Source: a virus. From it: a DNA stretch of 64,000 nucleotides. The translations under genes were made by a program, and so were the position numbers. Shown here piece by piece: positions 29,422 through 39,765 of this stretch. The notes beneath the pieces are model-generated. The model worked only from the letters and a program-made list of their open reading frames with translations, made no database searches and was not told the DNA's origin. Positions within the stretch are counted from its first letter, which is position 1; each line of letters opens with the position of its first letter. The stretch spans positions 1-64,000 of the IMG/VR virus record IMGVR_UViG_3300025120_009955; one strand, 5' to 3'.

Positions 29422-30236
29422 TGAAAATATTATTAATTCTATTATATGCCTTGATACTGGCAGGTTGTGCAACTGGTCAGGCAATGAAAGGTACTTATGA
29501 TCAACCGGTAACAGTGGGTGCACCAACTGTTAAAGAGTTTGATACTATACCACCACCGGCACTAGGTAAGGTAGTGGTTGCTGTTTATAACTTTACAGAT
29601 AAGACAGGACAAAGACGTCCAAGTGACACACAGTCAAGTTTTAGTACAGCAGTAACACAAGGTGCTGATGCGTTTTTAATTAAAGCATTAAAAGACGTAG
29701 GCAACAGTGGGTGGTTTGAAGTAGTAGAACGTGGAGGACTTGCTAGTCTTACACAGGAAAGACAGATTATTAGACAGATGCGTGAAGCCTACGATGGGCC
29801 AGACGCTAAGAAACTTATGCCGATGAAGTTTGCTGGTATGTTGATTGAAGGTGGTATTACAGGATATGACACTTCAACAAGAAGTGGTGGTATGGGTATG
29901 CGAGTATTAGGCATAGGGCCACAAACACAATTTAGTGAAGATATTATCACTGTGTCGTTGAGAGCAGTAAGCGTTAACACTGGTTCAGTATTAGCGGCTG
30001 TGAATGTACAGAAAACAGTATATTCTACAGCAGACAGTATAGCAGTATTAAAGTTCTTTGACAATGACACACAGGTTTTTGAATTTGAGTCGGGCATTAC
30101 ATTAAACGAACCGGCAACATTAGCAGTGAAAACTACAGTAGAGGCGGCTGTAGTTGAGCTAATAAAAGAGGGCGAACTCAAAGACGTTTGGGATTTCGCA
30201 TATGAGCCTATTAATGGCAAGGAAACAAAAGAATGA
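29421..30236 (+). CDS. csgG: Curli secretion pore lipoprotein CsgG
   Basis: LAGC lipobox, VAVYNFTDKTGQRRP, FSTAVTQG, WFEVVER.GL..L..ERQIIR. Confidence 0.92.
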   Translation: MKILLILLYALILAGCATGQAMKGTYDQPVTVGAPTVKEFDTIPPPALGKVVVAVYNFTDKTGQRRPSDTQSSFSTAVTQGADAFLIKALKDVGNSGWFEVVERGGLASLTQERQIIRQMREAYDGPDAKKLMPMKFAGMLIEGGITGYDTSTRSGGMGMRVLGIGPQTQFSEDIITVSLRAVSVNTGSVLAAVNVQKTVYSTADSIAVLKFFDNDTQVFEFESGITLNEPATLAVKTTVEAAVVELIKEGELKDVWDFAYEPINGKETKE

Positions 30237-31006
30237 AAAAATTAGTAAAAATATTTGGGGTGTTATTACTAACAATGTCAGTAGCATTTGCCGCTGATAA
30301 TAGTATCTATATTAATCAGGCTGGTAGTTCTAGTACTATTAATCTAAAACAAGACGGTAGTGCCAACAAAATATACGGTAAAGGTGATTCAGAAGGAACC
30401 GCGGCATTATTTACTGGTAGTAGTCAAACAGTTGACATACGTCAAGTTGGTGCCAGTAACTTGTTAGGAATTGATGTTAACAGTACGGTGGTCAGTGGTG
30501 TAGGTGTTAATTTAACATACTACATTACAGGTTCAAACTCTGTAGCAAGTATTGACATCAACGGTGATGGCTTAGGTACAGCCGCGAATAACGTATTTAA
30601 TGTACAAATGACAGGTAACTACAATGATTTAGTAGCTGACATATTAGGTACAGGTAATAGTTTAACAGCAACAGCAGTAGGAGGTAATTACAATGACTTC
30701 AACTTTACCATTGATGCTGACGACACAACTACAGGTATAGCAATCAGTGGTGGTGGTAGTAACGTTACAACATTGGTGTTAGGTACTGATGACTCAACAG
30801 TTAATTATACAGCAGTTGGTGCATCAAACACACTCAGTCTGACACAAAGTGGAGTAGGTGACGGTACTAACGGACATAACTTTGATTTAGATATTAACGG
30901 CTCATCAAACGCATTTACTGCTACACAAGCAGATACACAGTTTAATGATATTGATGTGAACATTACTGGTAACAGTAATACTTGGACAATTAATCAAACA
31001 AACTAA
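30233..31006 (+). CDS. Secreted curlin-like beta-repeat protein
   Basis: Signal peptide, DNSIYINQAG, ~23-aa repeats of the form x-Q/I-x-G-x-x-N. Confidence 0.72.
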   Translation: MKKLVKIFGVLLLTMSVAFAADNSIYINQAGSSSTINLKQDGSANKIYGKGDSEGTAALFTGSSQTVDIRQVGASNLLGIDVNSTVVSGVGVNLTYYITGSNSVASIDINGDGLGTAANNVFNVQMTGNYNDLVADILGTGNSLTATAVGGNYNDFNFTIDADDTTTGIAISGGGSNVTTLVLGTDDSTVNYTAVGASNTLSLTQSGVGDGTNGHNFDLDINGSSNAFTATQADTQFNDIDVNITGNSNTWTINQTN

Positions 31007-31007
31007 T

Positions 31008-31163
31008 ATGCAAACTCAAAAACAACATCTGGTGATAATGATGCAGGACCTAAATGCTCTTAGGCAAGAAGTAGCATTGTCACCAAACGGTGTAAACTCT
31101 ATTTTAAAAGAAATAGATGAACGTGGTTGCGAGTTATTATATCAGTATCTAGCAACTCCATGA
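31008..31163 (+). CDS. Small unannotated ORF (51 aa)
   Basis: MQTQKQHLVIMMQDLNALRQE...; ATGA overlap with the FecR gene. Confidence 0.5.
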   Translation: MQTQKQHLVIMMQDLNALRQEVALSPNGVNSILKEIDERGCELLYQYLATP

Positions 31164-32272
31164 TCAAGTTACTCGTAGTTTTACTCATGGCTATTCCCCA
31201 AATAGCTATGGGTGCTATTGGTACTATCTCACAACAAGAACAAGATCCAGCAAGAATTACTCGTAAAGATATAACTCTCAAAGGTGTTAAAGGTGTGGGT
31301 GTAGAAATGAAAGATAGTCTACGCACAGGAGCCGGCACACTTGAAATTACATTTGAAGATGACACACAGGTACAGATGACAGAGTCAGCTAAGTTAACCA
31401 TTGATGACTTTATATACGACCCCAACAACAAGGACGCAGGCAAACTAGCAATTAAGATAGGCCGAGGCACAGCCCGTTATGCGTCAGGCCAGATAGCAAA
31501 GGATCGTCCACAAGCAGTTAAAATTAGAACACCAAGTGCAACAGTAGCAGTTAGAGGTACTGACTTTACGGCTACAGTAGATGAAATAGGTGCTACCACA
31601 GTTATTCTATTACCTAGTTGTCCTCAAGGTTGGATAGATATTCAACAAGATTGTAAGACTGGTGCTATTGAAGTTATAAGTTTAGGTGGAAGTGTTTATA
31701 TGGATAAACCATTTGAAGCAACTCGTGTACCTAATCTAGAATCAAAACCAAGTCCGCCAGTTATAGTTGATCTGACTGAAGAAATGATCCGTGCGATTAT
31801 TATAGTGGGTACACCACGAGAAGTTAAAGAAGAAGAACGTAAACAACTTGCAAAGAATGCCTTAGACCAAAATGCCTTGGACCAAGAACAATTAGAAAAC
31901 GAATTAGATAAACAAGCACAAGAACTAGAGCAATACAATGCCAGCTCAAGACTAAGTCGTAATCTATTAGACAGAGATTTTTTAGCCAACATATTAGACA
32001 TACTTAATTTGCAATTAATGAATGCACAGGCTCGTGTGTTAAGCAGTACACAAAAAAATTCAATACTACCAGACTATATTCCAGACCAAGGTGTAGAAGC
32101 TTATGTGGATAGTATGCACGTGGAACTATGTATAGACACCATTGGTAGTGACATTGCCTGTGTTAAAACACCAACCACACAAGAAAGTACTATACGTCAG
32201 ATACAGGGCACTGTAGATATAACTAACAGAGTTAATAGTGAAGGTACAACTGTTATTACTACGAGACAATAA
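31160..32272 (+). CDS. Secreted FecR-domain protein
   Basis: Signal peptide; D.LRTG...ITFEDDT.V...A.L.ID.F.YDP, TPSATVAVRGTDF. Confidence 0.85.
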   Translation: MIKLLVVLLMAIPQIAMGAIGTISQQEQDPARITRKDITLKGVKGVGVEMKDSLRTGAGTLEITFEDDTQVQMTESAKLTIDDFIYDPNNKDAGKLAIKIGRGTARYASGQIAKDRPQAVKIRTPSATVAVRGTDFTATVDEIGATTVILLPSCPQGWIDIQQDCKTGAIEVISLGGSVYMDKPFEATRVPNLESKPSPPVIVDLTEEMIRAIIIVGTPREVKEEERKQLAKNALDQNALDQEQLENELDKQAQELEQYNASSRLSRNLLDRDFLANILDILNLQLMNAQARVLSSTQKNSILPDYIPDQGVEAYVDSMHVELCIDTIGSDIACVKTPTTQESTIRQIQGTVDITNRVNSEGTTVITTRQ

Positions 32273-33786
32273 TGAGAGCCAGCATACTATTATTTTTGTT
32301 GTTAATTTTCCAGCATTTATTCGCAACAAAAGCACAAGCCTTAGATATCCTAATCTATCACAGCAACTATGTCTATACTGATTCAAAGACAGGACTTGAA
32401 GCAAAAGGTTATACAGTATCGGGTTCAACATCAACCACAGTTGCTTCAGCATCTACTCTGGCAAACTATGATATAGTATTTGATCAACTATACAACAACA
32501 ACTGTGGATCTACTTGTCGTGCTAACTATGACACCTATGTCAAGGACGGTGGCACTCTAGTTATTGTAGGAGAGAACTCAAATTTTTCTAGTAGAAACAA
32601 TACTGTTATAAGTCTCATTGAGAACAAGTTTGGTGGCACATTGGATCTAGGTTCAAATGTTTCTGGTGGTGCTACTTACTCTACAGCAGATAACACAGTC
32701 AATACATCAATCAGTGGCACTGACGATGGCGGACAATACATCTATGGTTCCAGTATAGCAAATACATCTGACGGCGTCTGGGTAGCAAAGACTGGTGGTG
32801 GTGCTGTCATTTGGATGATGTGGCGTGGCAGTAGTTTACCAAGTGGCTATACAGGTTCTGTTATAGTTACGTTTGACATCAATCAGTTCGACGATATGTA
32901 TGACACCTCTGAGACTTGGGAATTCGTTGATGATGTGATCTACTATGGTATCAACGGTGAAATGGAATCAAGTGGCACAACAACTACTACAACAACAGGA
33001 ACAAGCTCAGGTATATCAGGCGGACAGAGTACACAAGTTACTACTGATCGTGCAAGAGCGGCAACTATTAAAAGTACTTCTGGTGCTAGTGATAACTCAG
33101 TTTATATAGAACAAGCTGGTGACAGTAATACTGTGGAGATTCTACAAGATGGTTCATCAGGTAATCATATAAGAGGTATTGGACAAAATATGGCTGATAT
33201 AACAGGTGATTCAAATGATCTTGAAATAAAGCAAGGTGCTGGTACATCAGGTGATGGAGTTAATTTAATTGAATTAATGATTGATGGTGACACTAATGAC
33301 CTAAAACTATATCAAGATAGATATGATGATGGAACAGCAGATGCAGATCCGACTGGTGACCATATTATTAAACTCAATGTCGATGGTAATTTAAATGACA
33401 TTGAAGTAATTCAACGATCAAATGGCACAGATGGTCATTATGCAGATATAGATGTGACTGGCAATTCTAGTAATTTTGATATTCTACAAAAAGGTCAACA
33501 CGAAAAACAATTGTTTATAGATGTAACAGGCAATAGCAATATAATAGATGTTGAACAAAGAGATAGCACATCTAAATTTGCGGATATAAAATTAATTGGA
33601 AATGGTCATGATGTGACTGTACTACAAAAAGGAACAGGTGCTCATAACGCAACAATTGATTTAACTTTTGGTTCTGGAGCAAGCACTGTAGATTTAACAC
33701 AACAAGGTACTTCAAATCAATCATATTCGCTAGAACAAATTTGTTACAATGTATCCGGGTGTTCAACTACAGTAACACAAGAATAA
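32272..33786 (+). CDS. Secreted protein with N-terminal globular domain, T/S linker and C-terminal curlin-like repeats
   Basis: Signal peptide; DNSVYIEQAGDSN, I.Q.G..N repeats, terminal C...GC..TVTQ. Confidence 0.72.
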   Translation: MRASILLFLLLIFQHLFATKAQALDILIYHSNYVYTDSKTGLEAKGYTVSGSTSTTVASASTLANYDIVFDQLYNNNCGSTCRANYDTYVKDGGTLVIVGENSNFSSRNNTVISLIENKFGGTLDLGSNVSGGATYSTADNTVNTSISGTDDGGQYIYGSSIANTSDGVWVAKTGGGAVIWMMWRGSSLPSGYTGSVIVTFDINQFDDMYDTSETWEFVDDVIYYGINGEMESSGTTTTTTTGTSSGISGGQSTQVTTDRARAATIKSTSGASDNSVYIEQAGDSNTVEILQDGSSGNHIRGIGQNMADITGDSNDLEIKQGAGTSGDGVNLIELMIDGDTNDLKLYQDRYDDGTADADPTGDHIIKLNVDGNLNDIEVIQRSNGTDGHYADIDVTGNSSNFDILQKGQHEKQLFIDVTGNSNIIDVEQRDSTSKFADIKLIGNGHDVTVLQKGTGAHNATIDLTFGSGASTVDLTQQGTSNQSYSLEQICYNVSGCSTTVTQE

Positions 33787-33811
33787 TTCTACCAAAAAAG
33801 CATAATTTGTC

Positions 33812-33885
33812 TTGACTCTATTAATAAAATCCCATATAATTAATATTACAATTTTGTAACACTCTTGTTACATCTTGTATAAATA
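33812..33885 (+). promoter_or_regulatory. Tandem sigma70 promoter, palindromic operator and late promoter of xoxF
   Basis: TTGACT-N17-TATAAT (33812-33840); TGTAACA-N4-TGTTACA (33855-33872); TATAAATA (33878-33885). Confidence 0.7.
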
Positions 33886-33988
33886 AAAGTGTAGCAGTTC
33901 TAACTGTTATATTTAGAGTGGACGCGGTTTCCAATATTCATGAAACAACCGGCACGTTTAATCAACTTTTCTCTAAAGGAAAAAATCA

Positions 33989-35863
33989 ATGCAATTAAAT
34001 AAAATTAAACTAGCTCTTGGTTTTATCACTGTAGCGACCCTAGCTTCATCAGGTGCGTTTGCGGCGGCAGATCAAGAGAAAGCAATGGCAAATGCTAACA
34101 ACTGGGCACACCCTAGAGGTCAGCACGATAACCAGGCTTATTCTAAGTTGACTCAAATCAACAAAGGTAATATTAAAAATCTTAAAGCGGCTTGGACATT
34201 AAGTACAGGCGTAAATAGAGGACACGAAGGTGCCCCTCTAGTTATTGGTAATATGCTATATGTACATACAGCATTTCCAAATAACGTATATGCTTTAGAT
34301 TTAAACAACAACCAAAAAGTTGTATGGTCTTACTTCCCTAAACAAGATCCTAGCGTTCAAGCAGTTCTATGTTGCGATAACGTTAACCGTGGTCTTGGTT
34401 TTGGTAACGGTAAAATCTTCTTACAACAAAACGATGGTATGTTAGTAGCATTAGATGCAAAAACAGGTGCTAAAGTTTGGGACGTAAGTAATACAGATCC
34501 TAAAGTTGGTGCTACAAATACTAACGCTCCTCACGTAATTAAAGACAAAGTTCTTACTGGTTGTTCTGGTGCAGAATTTGGTGTTCGTTGCTTTATAGCG
34601 GCATATAACATTGAAGACGGTTCTTTAGCTTGGAAAGCTATGAGTACAGGTCCTGACGAAGAAGTATTAATTGGTAAAGATTTCAACAAAGAAAATCCAC
34701 TTTATTCAGCTCTATCAGTTTACGAAGATGTAAACGGTGGTAACGTTGAAGGCGGTTCTTTCAAAAGAATTCCAACTGATCAACTTGAAGCTCCAGTAGC
34801 AGACCTAGGTCTTAAGACTTGGTTGAAACCACAAGCTGTTAAAGATGGTTGGCAACACGGTGGTGGTTCTGTATGGGGTTGGTGGCCATATGATGCTAAG
34901 ACTAACTTAGTATACTACGGTACAGGTAATCCTTCAGTATGGAATCCAGATGTACGTCCAGGTGACAACAAATGGTCTATGACAGTGTTCGCACGTGATC
35001 TAGATACAGGTATGGCACGTTGGGGTATGCAAATGACACCACACGATGAATGGGATTATGACGGTATTAACGAAGTTATCCTATTTGACAAAGGTGGAAA
35101 AACATACGCTTGGCACCATGACAGAAACGGTTTTGCATACACTTGGGTAGCTAGTAACGGTACTTTAGTTTCAGCTGAAAAAGTGCATCCATTCGTTAAC
35201 TGGTCAACTGGTATTGATCTTAAAACTGGTGTGCCACAAAAAGAAGCGGCACATTCAACACACCAAGATTACAACACTAAAGGCACTTGTCCTGCGGCAC
35301 TTGGTACTAAAGACCAACAGCCTGCGGCATATTCACCTAAGACAGGTTTAATATACTCACCACTTAACCACGTATGTATGACATACGAACCAGTTGAGTC
35401 TAAGTATGTTGCTGGTCAACCTTGGGTTGGTGCTACTTTAACTATGTTTGCTGGTCCTGATGGCGTAATGGGTGGCTTTGCCGCTTATGATCCAATGACT
35501 AACAAAAAAGTATGGTACAACAAAGAGAAATTCTCAGCTTGGGGCGGTGCATTAACAACAGCTTCAGACTTAGTTTTCTATGGTACTTTAGATCGTTGGT
35601 TTAAAGCGTTAGATGCAAAATCAGGTAAAGAACTTTGGAAATTCCAAGTTGGTTCTGGCGTGATTGGTAATGCGTTTACGTACTCACACAAAGGCAAACA
35701 GCACGTTGGCGTACTATCAGGTATTGGTGGTTGGGCTGGTGTTGCTATGAACCTTGGTCTAACAAATGACACAGATGCACTTGGTGCGGCTGGTGGTTAT
35801 AAAGAGTTAACAAAGTATAATGCGGCTCCAGGTGGCGGTGCATTAACAGTGTTCTCACTATAA
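33989..35863 (+). CDS. xoxF: Lanthanide-dependent PQQ methanol dehydrogenase XoxF (Methylophilaceae-like)
   Basis: Signal peptide, RGHEGAP, vicinal CCD, GAEFGVR, NPDVRPGDNKW, DEWDYDG (second Asp is the lanthanide ligand), GIGGW. Confidence 0.95.
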   Translation: MQLNKIKLALGFITVATLASSGAFAAADQEKAMANANNWAHPRGQHDNQAYSKLTQINKGNIKNLKAAWTLSTGVNRGHEGAPLVIGNMLYVHTAFPNNVYALDLNNNQKVVWSYFPKQDPSVQAVLCCDNVNRGLGFGNGKIFLQQNDGMLVALDAKTGAKVWDVSNTDPKVGATNTNAPHVIKDKVLTGCSGAEFGVRCFIAAYNIEDGSLAWKAMSTGPDEEVLIGKDFNKENPLYSALSVYEDVNGGNVEGGSFKRIPTDQLEAPVADLGLKTWLKPQAVKDGWQHGGGSVWGWWPYDAKTNLVYYGTGNPSVWNPDVRPGDNKWSMTVFARDLDTGMARWGMQMTPHDEWDYDGINEVILFDKGGKTYAWHHDRNGFAYTWVASNGTLVSAEKVHPFVNWSTGIDLKTGVPQKEAAHSTHQDYNTKGTCPAALGTKDQQPAAYSPKTGLIYSPLNHVCMTYEPVESKYVAGQPWVGATLTMFAGPDGVMGGFAAYDPMTNKKVWYNKEKFSAWGGALTTASDLVFYGTLDRWFKALDAKSGKELWKFQVGSGVIGNAFTYSHKGKQHVGVLSGIGGWAGVAMNLGLTNDTDALGAAGGYKELTKYNAAPGGGALTVFSL

Positions 35864-35889
35864 TCTAGTTAGTTAGATTGTATTACTTT

Positions 35890-35917
35890 AAAAAGGCTCT
35901 TTCGGGGGCCTTTTTTT
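35890..35917 (+). terminator. Terminator after xoxF
   Basis: AAAAGGCTCT-TTCG-GGGGCCTTTTTTT. Confidence 0.85.
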
Positions 35918-35942
35918 ATCAATTAAACTATAAACAATAAAT

Positions 35943-38783
35943 ATGACTATGAGCTTAACTAAACCAGTTGATTACGGCACACCATTAAAAACCACAAAAC
36001 CCACTATTACCCTCGAAATTGACGGTGTTGAAACTACTGTGCCTGAAGGTACAAGTATTATGGCGGCCGCAAAAATTAACGATACTAGTATTCCAAAACT
36101 CTGCGCCACGGATAGTCTAGAACCATTTGGTAGCTGTAGACTTTGTTTGGTTGAAATAGAAGGTAGAAAGGGTTATCCTGCAAGCTGTACCACACCTGTA
36201 AGCGAGAATATGAAGGTACGCACCCAAACACCAAAACTAGAAGAACTAAGACGTGGAGTAATGGAATTATATATTTCCGATCACCCATTAGACTGCCTAA
36301 CCTGTGCAACGAATGGTGACTGTGAATTACAAGATATGGCAGGTGCTGTTGGCCTAAGAGATGTTCGTTACGGCTTCGATGGTGAAAATCATTTAGCCCA
36401 AGAGAAAGATAAAACAAATCCGTACTTTACATTTGACCCTAGCAAGTGTATTGTGTGTTCACGATGCGTTAGAGCGTGTGAAGAAGTACAAGGTACATTT
36501 GCCTTGACTATAGAAGGTAGAGGATTTGATTCAAAGGTATCAGCAGGTAATAAAGACTTTATGGATTCAGAATGTGTTAGCTGTGGAGCCTGTGTTCAGG
36601 CCTGTCCAACAGCAACACTGATAGAAAAAACAGTAGAAGAACACGGAGTACCTGATCGTAGTGAAACAACAACCTGTGCTTATTGTGGTGTTGGGTGTAG
36701 TTTCAACGCTGAAATGAAAGGTGATCAATTGATACGTATGGTGCCAAACAAAGACGGTGGTGCTAATCACGGACACAGTTGTGTCAAAGGACGTTTTGCC
36801 TGGGGATATGCTACACACAAAGATAGAATAACAACTCCAATGATACGTAAGTCTATCAACGATCCATGGAAAGAAGTAACCATGGAAGAAGCTATTGATT
36901 ATGCCGCTACAGAAATAAAAAGATTACAGAAAGAACACGGCCGTAATTCAGTAGGTGGTATAACATCAAGTCGTTGTACCAATGAAGAAACATATGTTGT
37001 ACAAAAATTAGTACGTGCGGCACTTGGAAATAATAATGTAGACACCTGTGCTAGAGTTTGCCATTCACCAACAGGATATGGATTAAAAAGCACCTTAGGT
37101 GAAAGCTCTGGAACACAAGACTTTGACAGTATCAGAGAAACAGATGTAGCAGTTATAATAGGTGCTAATCCTACAGACGGACATCCAGTGTTTGCTAGTC
37201 ATATGAAACGTAGACTACGTGATGGAATGAAATTAATAGTAATTGATCCACGTGAGATTGACATATTACATACCATACACGGCAATGGTGGGTTACACCT
37301 ACAGCTTAAACCAGGCACTAATGTAGCAATGATAACCAGCATAGCACACGTCATAGTAACAGAAGGGCTTTGTCAAGAACAATACATAAACGATCGTTGT
37401 GAATTAGACAGCTACGAAATGTGGAAAGAATTTGTTAGTAAAAAAGAAAACAGTCCAGAAGTATTAGGACTAGAAACAGGAGTTGATCCTGAATTAATAC
37501 GTGAAGCCGCGAGAATATATGCTGAACCTGGTAATTCAGCATTTTACTATGGACTAGGAGTAACAGAACATAGCCAAGGAACAACAATGGTTATGGGAAT
37601 AGCTAACTTGGCAATGGCTACTGGTAACCTAGGTAAAAATGGAGCAGGAGTAAATCCATTACGTGGACAGAACAATGTCCAAGGTGCTTGTGATATGGGT
37701 AGTTTCCCACACGAGTTTCCAGGTTATAGGCACGTCAGCGAACAATCAACTAGAGATCTTTTTGGTAACCATTGGGGAGTTGAATTAGATCACGAGCCAG
37801 GCCTACGTATTCCTAATATGTTAGACTTTGCTATAGGTGGAAAGTTTAAAGGAATCTATATCGAAGGTGAAGACATAGCACAAAGTGATCCAAATACTAA
37901 ACACGTGACACGGGCCTTAGAAGAAATGGAATGTGTCATAGTACAGGATTTATTCTTAAATGAAACAGCTATGTATGCACACGTATTTTTACCTGGATCA
38001 AGTTTCTTAGAGAAGTCAGGTACCTTTACTAATGCCGAAAGAAGAATAAGTCCAGTAAGAAGAGTAATGGCTCCTAAGAATGGATATGAAGATTGGGAAA
38101 TAACACAGATGCTATCTAATGCACTTGGTTACAAAATGAACTATGCAAGTGCTTCAGAAATACTTGATGAAATAGCAGAACTAACTCCAACCTTTAAAGG
38201 AGTAAGTTGGGCTAAATTAAGAGAACTAGGCAGTATACAATGGCCTTGCAATGATGAGCATCCTACAGGCACTCCTATTATGCACGTCAATGAGTTTGTG
38301 CGAGGTAAAGGAAAATTTTGGATTACAGAATACATTCCAACTGATGAGAAAGTTAATCAACGCTTTCCGTTAATACTAACAACTGGGCGTATACTAAGTC
38401 ATTACAATGTAGGTGCTCAGACTAGAAGAACTAAAAACTCAGAATGGCATCAAGAAGATCTATTAGAAATACATCCAACAGATGCAGAAGCACGTGGAAT
38501 CAATGATGGTGATCCAGTTAACATTAAGAGTCGTGCAGGGCATACATCTTTAACCTGTCGTGTTACGGAACGTGTACAGCCAGGCGTAGTATATACAACA
38601 TTCCATCATCCGTGGAGTGGAGCAAATGTTATCACAACTGATAACTCAGACTGGGCTACTAACTGTCCAGAGTTTAAAGTAACAGCAGTAGAAATTAGTC
38701 TAGCAGTAGAAAACAGTGAGTGGCAGAAACAGTATGAAAAATTCAGTGACACACAAAAAACTTTAGCAGAAGTACGTGACTAA
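35943..38783 (+). CDS. fdsA: Formate dehydrogenase alpha subunit (FdsA/FdhF type, molybdopterin, multiple Fe-S)
   Basis: GSCRLCLVE, HPLDCLTC, two 4Fe-4S ferredoxin motifs, CAYCGVGC, active site TCARVCHSP, LRGQNNVQG. Confidence 0.93.
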   Translation: MTMSLTKPVDYGTPLKTTKPTITLEIDGVETTVPEGTSIMAAAKINDTSIPKLCATDSLEPFGSCRLCLVEIEGRKGYPASCTTPVSENMKVRTQTPKLEELRRGVMELYISDHPLDCLTCATNGDCELQDMAGAVGLRDVRYGFDGENHLAQEKDKTNPYFTFDPSKCIVCSRCVRACEEVQGTFALTIEGRGFDSKVSAGNKDFMDSECVSCGACVQACPTATLIEKTVEEHGVPDRSETTTCAYCGVGCSFNAEMKGDQLIRMVPNKDGGANHGHSCVKGRFAWGYATHKDRITTPMIRKSINDPWKEVTMEEAIDYAATEIKRLQKEHGRNSVGGITSSRCTNEETYVVQKLVRAALGNNNVDTCARVCHSPTGYGLKSTLGESSGTQDFDSIRETDVAVIIGANPTDGHPVFASHMKRRLRDGMKLIVIDPREIDILHTIHGNGGLHLQLKPGTNVAMITSIAHVIVTEGLCQEQYINDRCELDSYEMWKEFVSKKENSPEVLGLETGVDPELIREAARIYAEPGNSAFYYGLGVTEHSQGTTMVMGIANLAMATGNLGKNGAGVNPLRGQNNVQGACDMGSFPHEFPGYRHVSEQSTRDLFGNHWGVELDHEPGLRIPNMLDFAIGGKFKGIYIEGEDIAQSDPNTKHVTRALEEMECVIVQDLFLNETAMYAHVFLPGSSFLEKSGTFTNAERRISPVRRVMAPKNGYEDWEITQMLSNALGYKMNYASASEILDEIAELTPTFKGVSWAKLRELGSIQWPCNDEHPTGTPIMHVNEFVRGKGKFWITEYIPTDEKVNQRFPLILTTGRILSHYNVGAQTRRTKNSEWHQEDLLEIHPTDAEARGINDGDPVNIKSRAGHTSLTCRVTERVQPGVVYTTFHHPWSGANVITTDNSDWATNCPEFKVTAVEISLAVENSEWQKQYEKFSDTQKTLAEVRD

Positions 38784-38873
38784 AGATTACAGTTAGATTA
38801 CAAAAATGCAATTAGTGCTTGCTTTTTCTTATAATCCTAGTAAAATATAGTTTTAAATAATTAAATACAATTG

Positions 38874-39146
38874 ATGGAAACATTCAAATACTATTTCAAC
38901 AAAACTATTATCACACTTTGCATTCTCTTCTTTTTCGTATTATGGTATCAAATACTTTCTAAAATCTTGTGTAGTGTGTTTTGTGAAGTTGAGACTGCAG
39001 AAGTTGTTATAGCATATGAGGATATGACTCCTGAACAACGTCGAGCAGAATTTGAAAAACTAAAAGCACAAAGGACAGCAGAAAATGAAGAAAATAGTAG
39101 TACTCCTGACACTACTGACAGTGTCAACATTAGCTCTAGCAGATAA
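38874..39146 (+). CDS. Small membrane protein
   Basis: N-terminal TM helix and charged C-terminus. Confidence 0.5.
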   Translation: METFKYYFNKTIITLCILFFFVLWYQILSKILCSVFCEVETAEVVIAYEDMTPEQRRAEFEKLKAQRTAENEENSSTPDTTDSVNISSSR

Positions 39147-39651
39147 GAAAGGATATTTTTACGGAGTTAAATTTGACCATAAAAATAGCATAGGCGGTAC
39201 TGATGCTAACACCTTTGGTGTAGAGTTTGGCAAACACGTATATGATTGGTTAGATGTAAAAGTAGCAACTAACTACACCGACAAAGAAGGTAGAAGCAAA
39301 GGCAATAGCTACCGTCTTGAAGCAGGCCCAAAATTCAAACATAAACTAAATCAAGATTGGTCAACTAGTTTGTTCCTAGCAACAGGACAAAAGTTTGTCA
39401 AAGATGATGACTATGGATATTGGGTAGTAACACCAGGAGTCAAATATAAAATTAATCAAGACTGGAGTGTAGGCACTAGTGTTAGATTCCGTAACAGTTA
39501 CGATACTAGTCACAATCAAAGTGATAGGACTTACGCTGTTAAACTAGGATATAAAATTACACCAGATGTCTCAGTAAGTACTCGCTATAGAATGAAACGA
39601 GGTGACAGTGAATATAACGCTATTGGCGTTGGTTTCAAGTTCGAATTTTAA
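39085..39651 (+). CDS. Small outer-membrane beta-barrel/porin
   Basis: Signal peptide, alternating aromatic strands, C-terminal GVGFKFEF. Confidence 0.8.
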   Translation: MKKIVVLLTLLTVSTLALADKKGYFYGVKFDHKNSIGGTDANTFGVEFGKHVYDWLDVKVATNYTDKEGRSKGNSYRLEAGPKFKHKLNQDWSTSLFLATGQKFVKDDDYGYWVVTPGVKYKINQDWSVGTSVRFRNSYDTSHNQSDRTYAVKLGYKITPDVSVSTRYRMKRGDSEYNAIGVGFKFEF

Positions 39652-39696
39652 TAATATTGTATAATGGTAGTCATTGAGTACTAAATATTAATGTAC

Positions 39697-39743
39697 TCGT
39701 TCATCCCATCAGGGACGGAAGTAGGCATAAGCTGAAGGAACGC
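39697..39743 (+). ncRNA. Glutamine riboswitch (glnA RNA motif)
   Basis: CGTTC-ATCCC-ATCA-GGGAC-GGAAGTA-GGC-ATAA-GCT-GAA-GGAACG; three-way junction with AGUA/GAA E-loop upstream of an AGGAGA RBS. Confidence 0.85.
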
Positions 39744-39765
39744 TTCTTTTTAAAAGGAGATAGCT

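Noticed and set aside
33989-35863. Calcium-dependent MxaF
   Set aside because: It has DYDG rather than the MxaF D(Y/F)AG pattern, and no mxaI is present.
35943-38783. Selenocysteine-containing formate dehydrogenase
   Set aside because: The active site is Cys (ARVCHSP) and there is no in-frame TGA.
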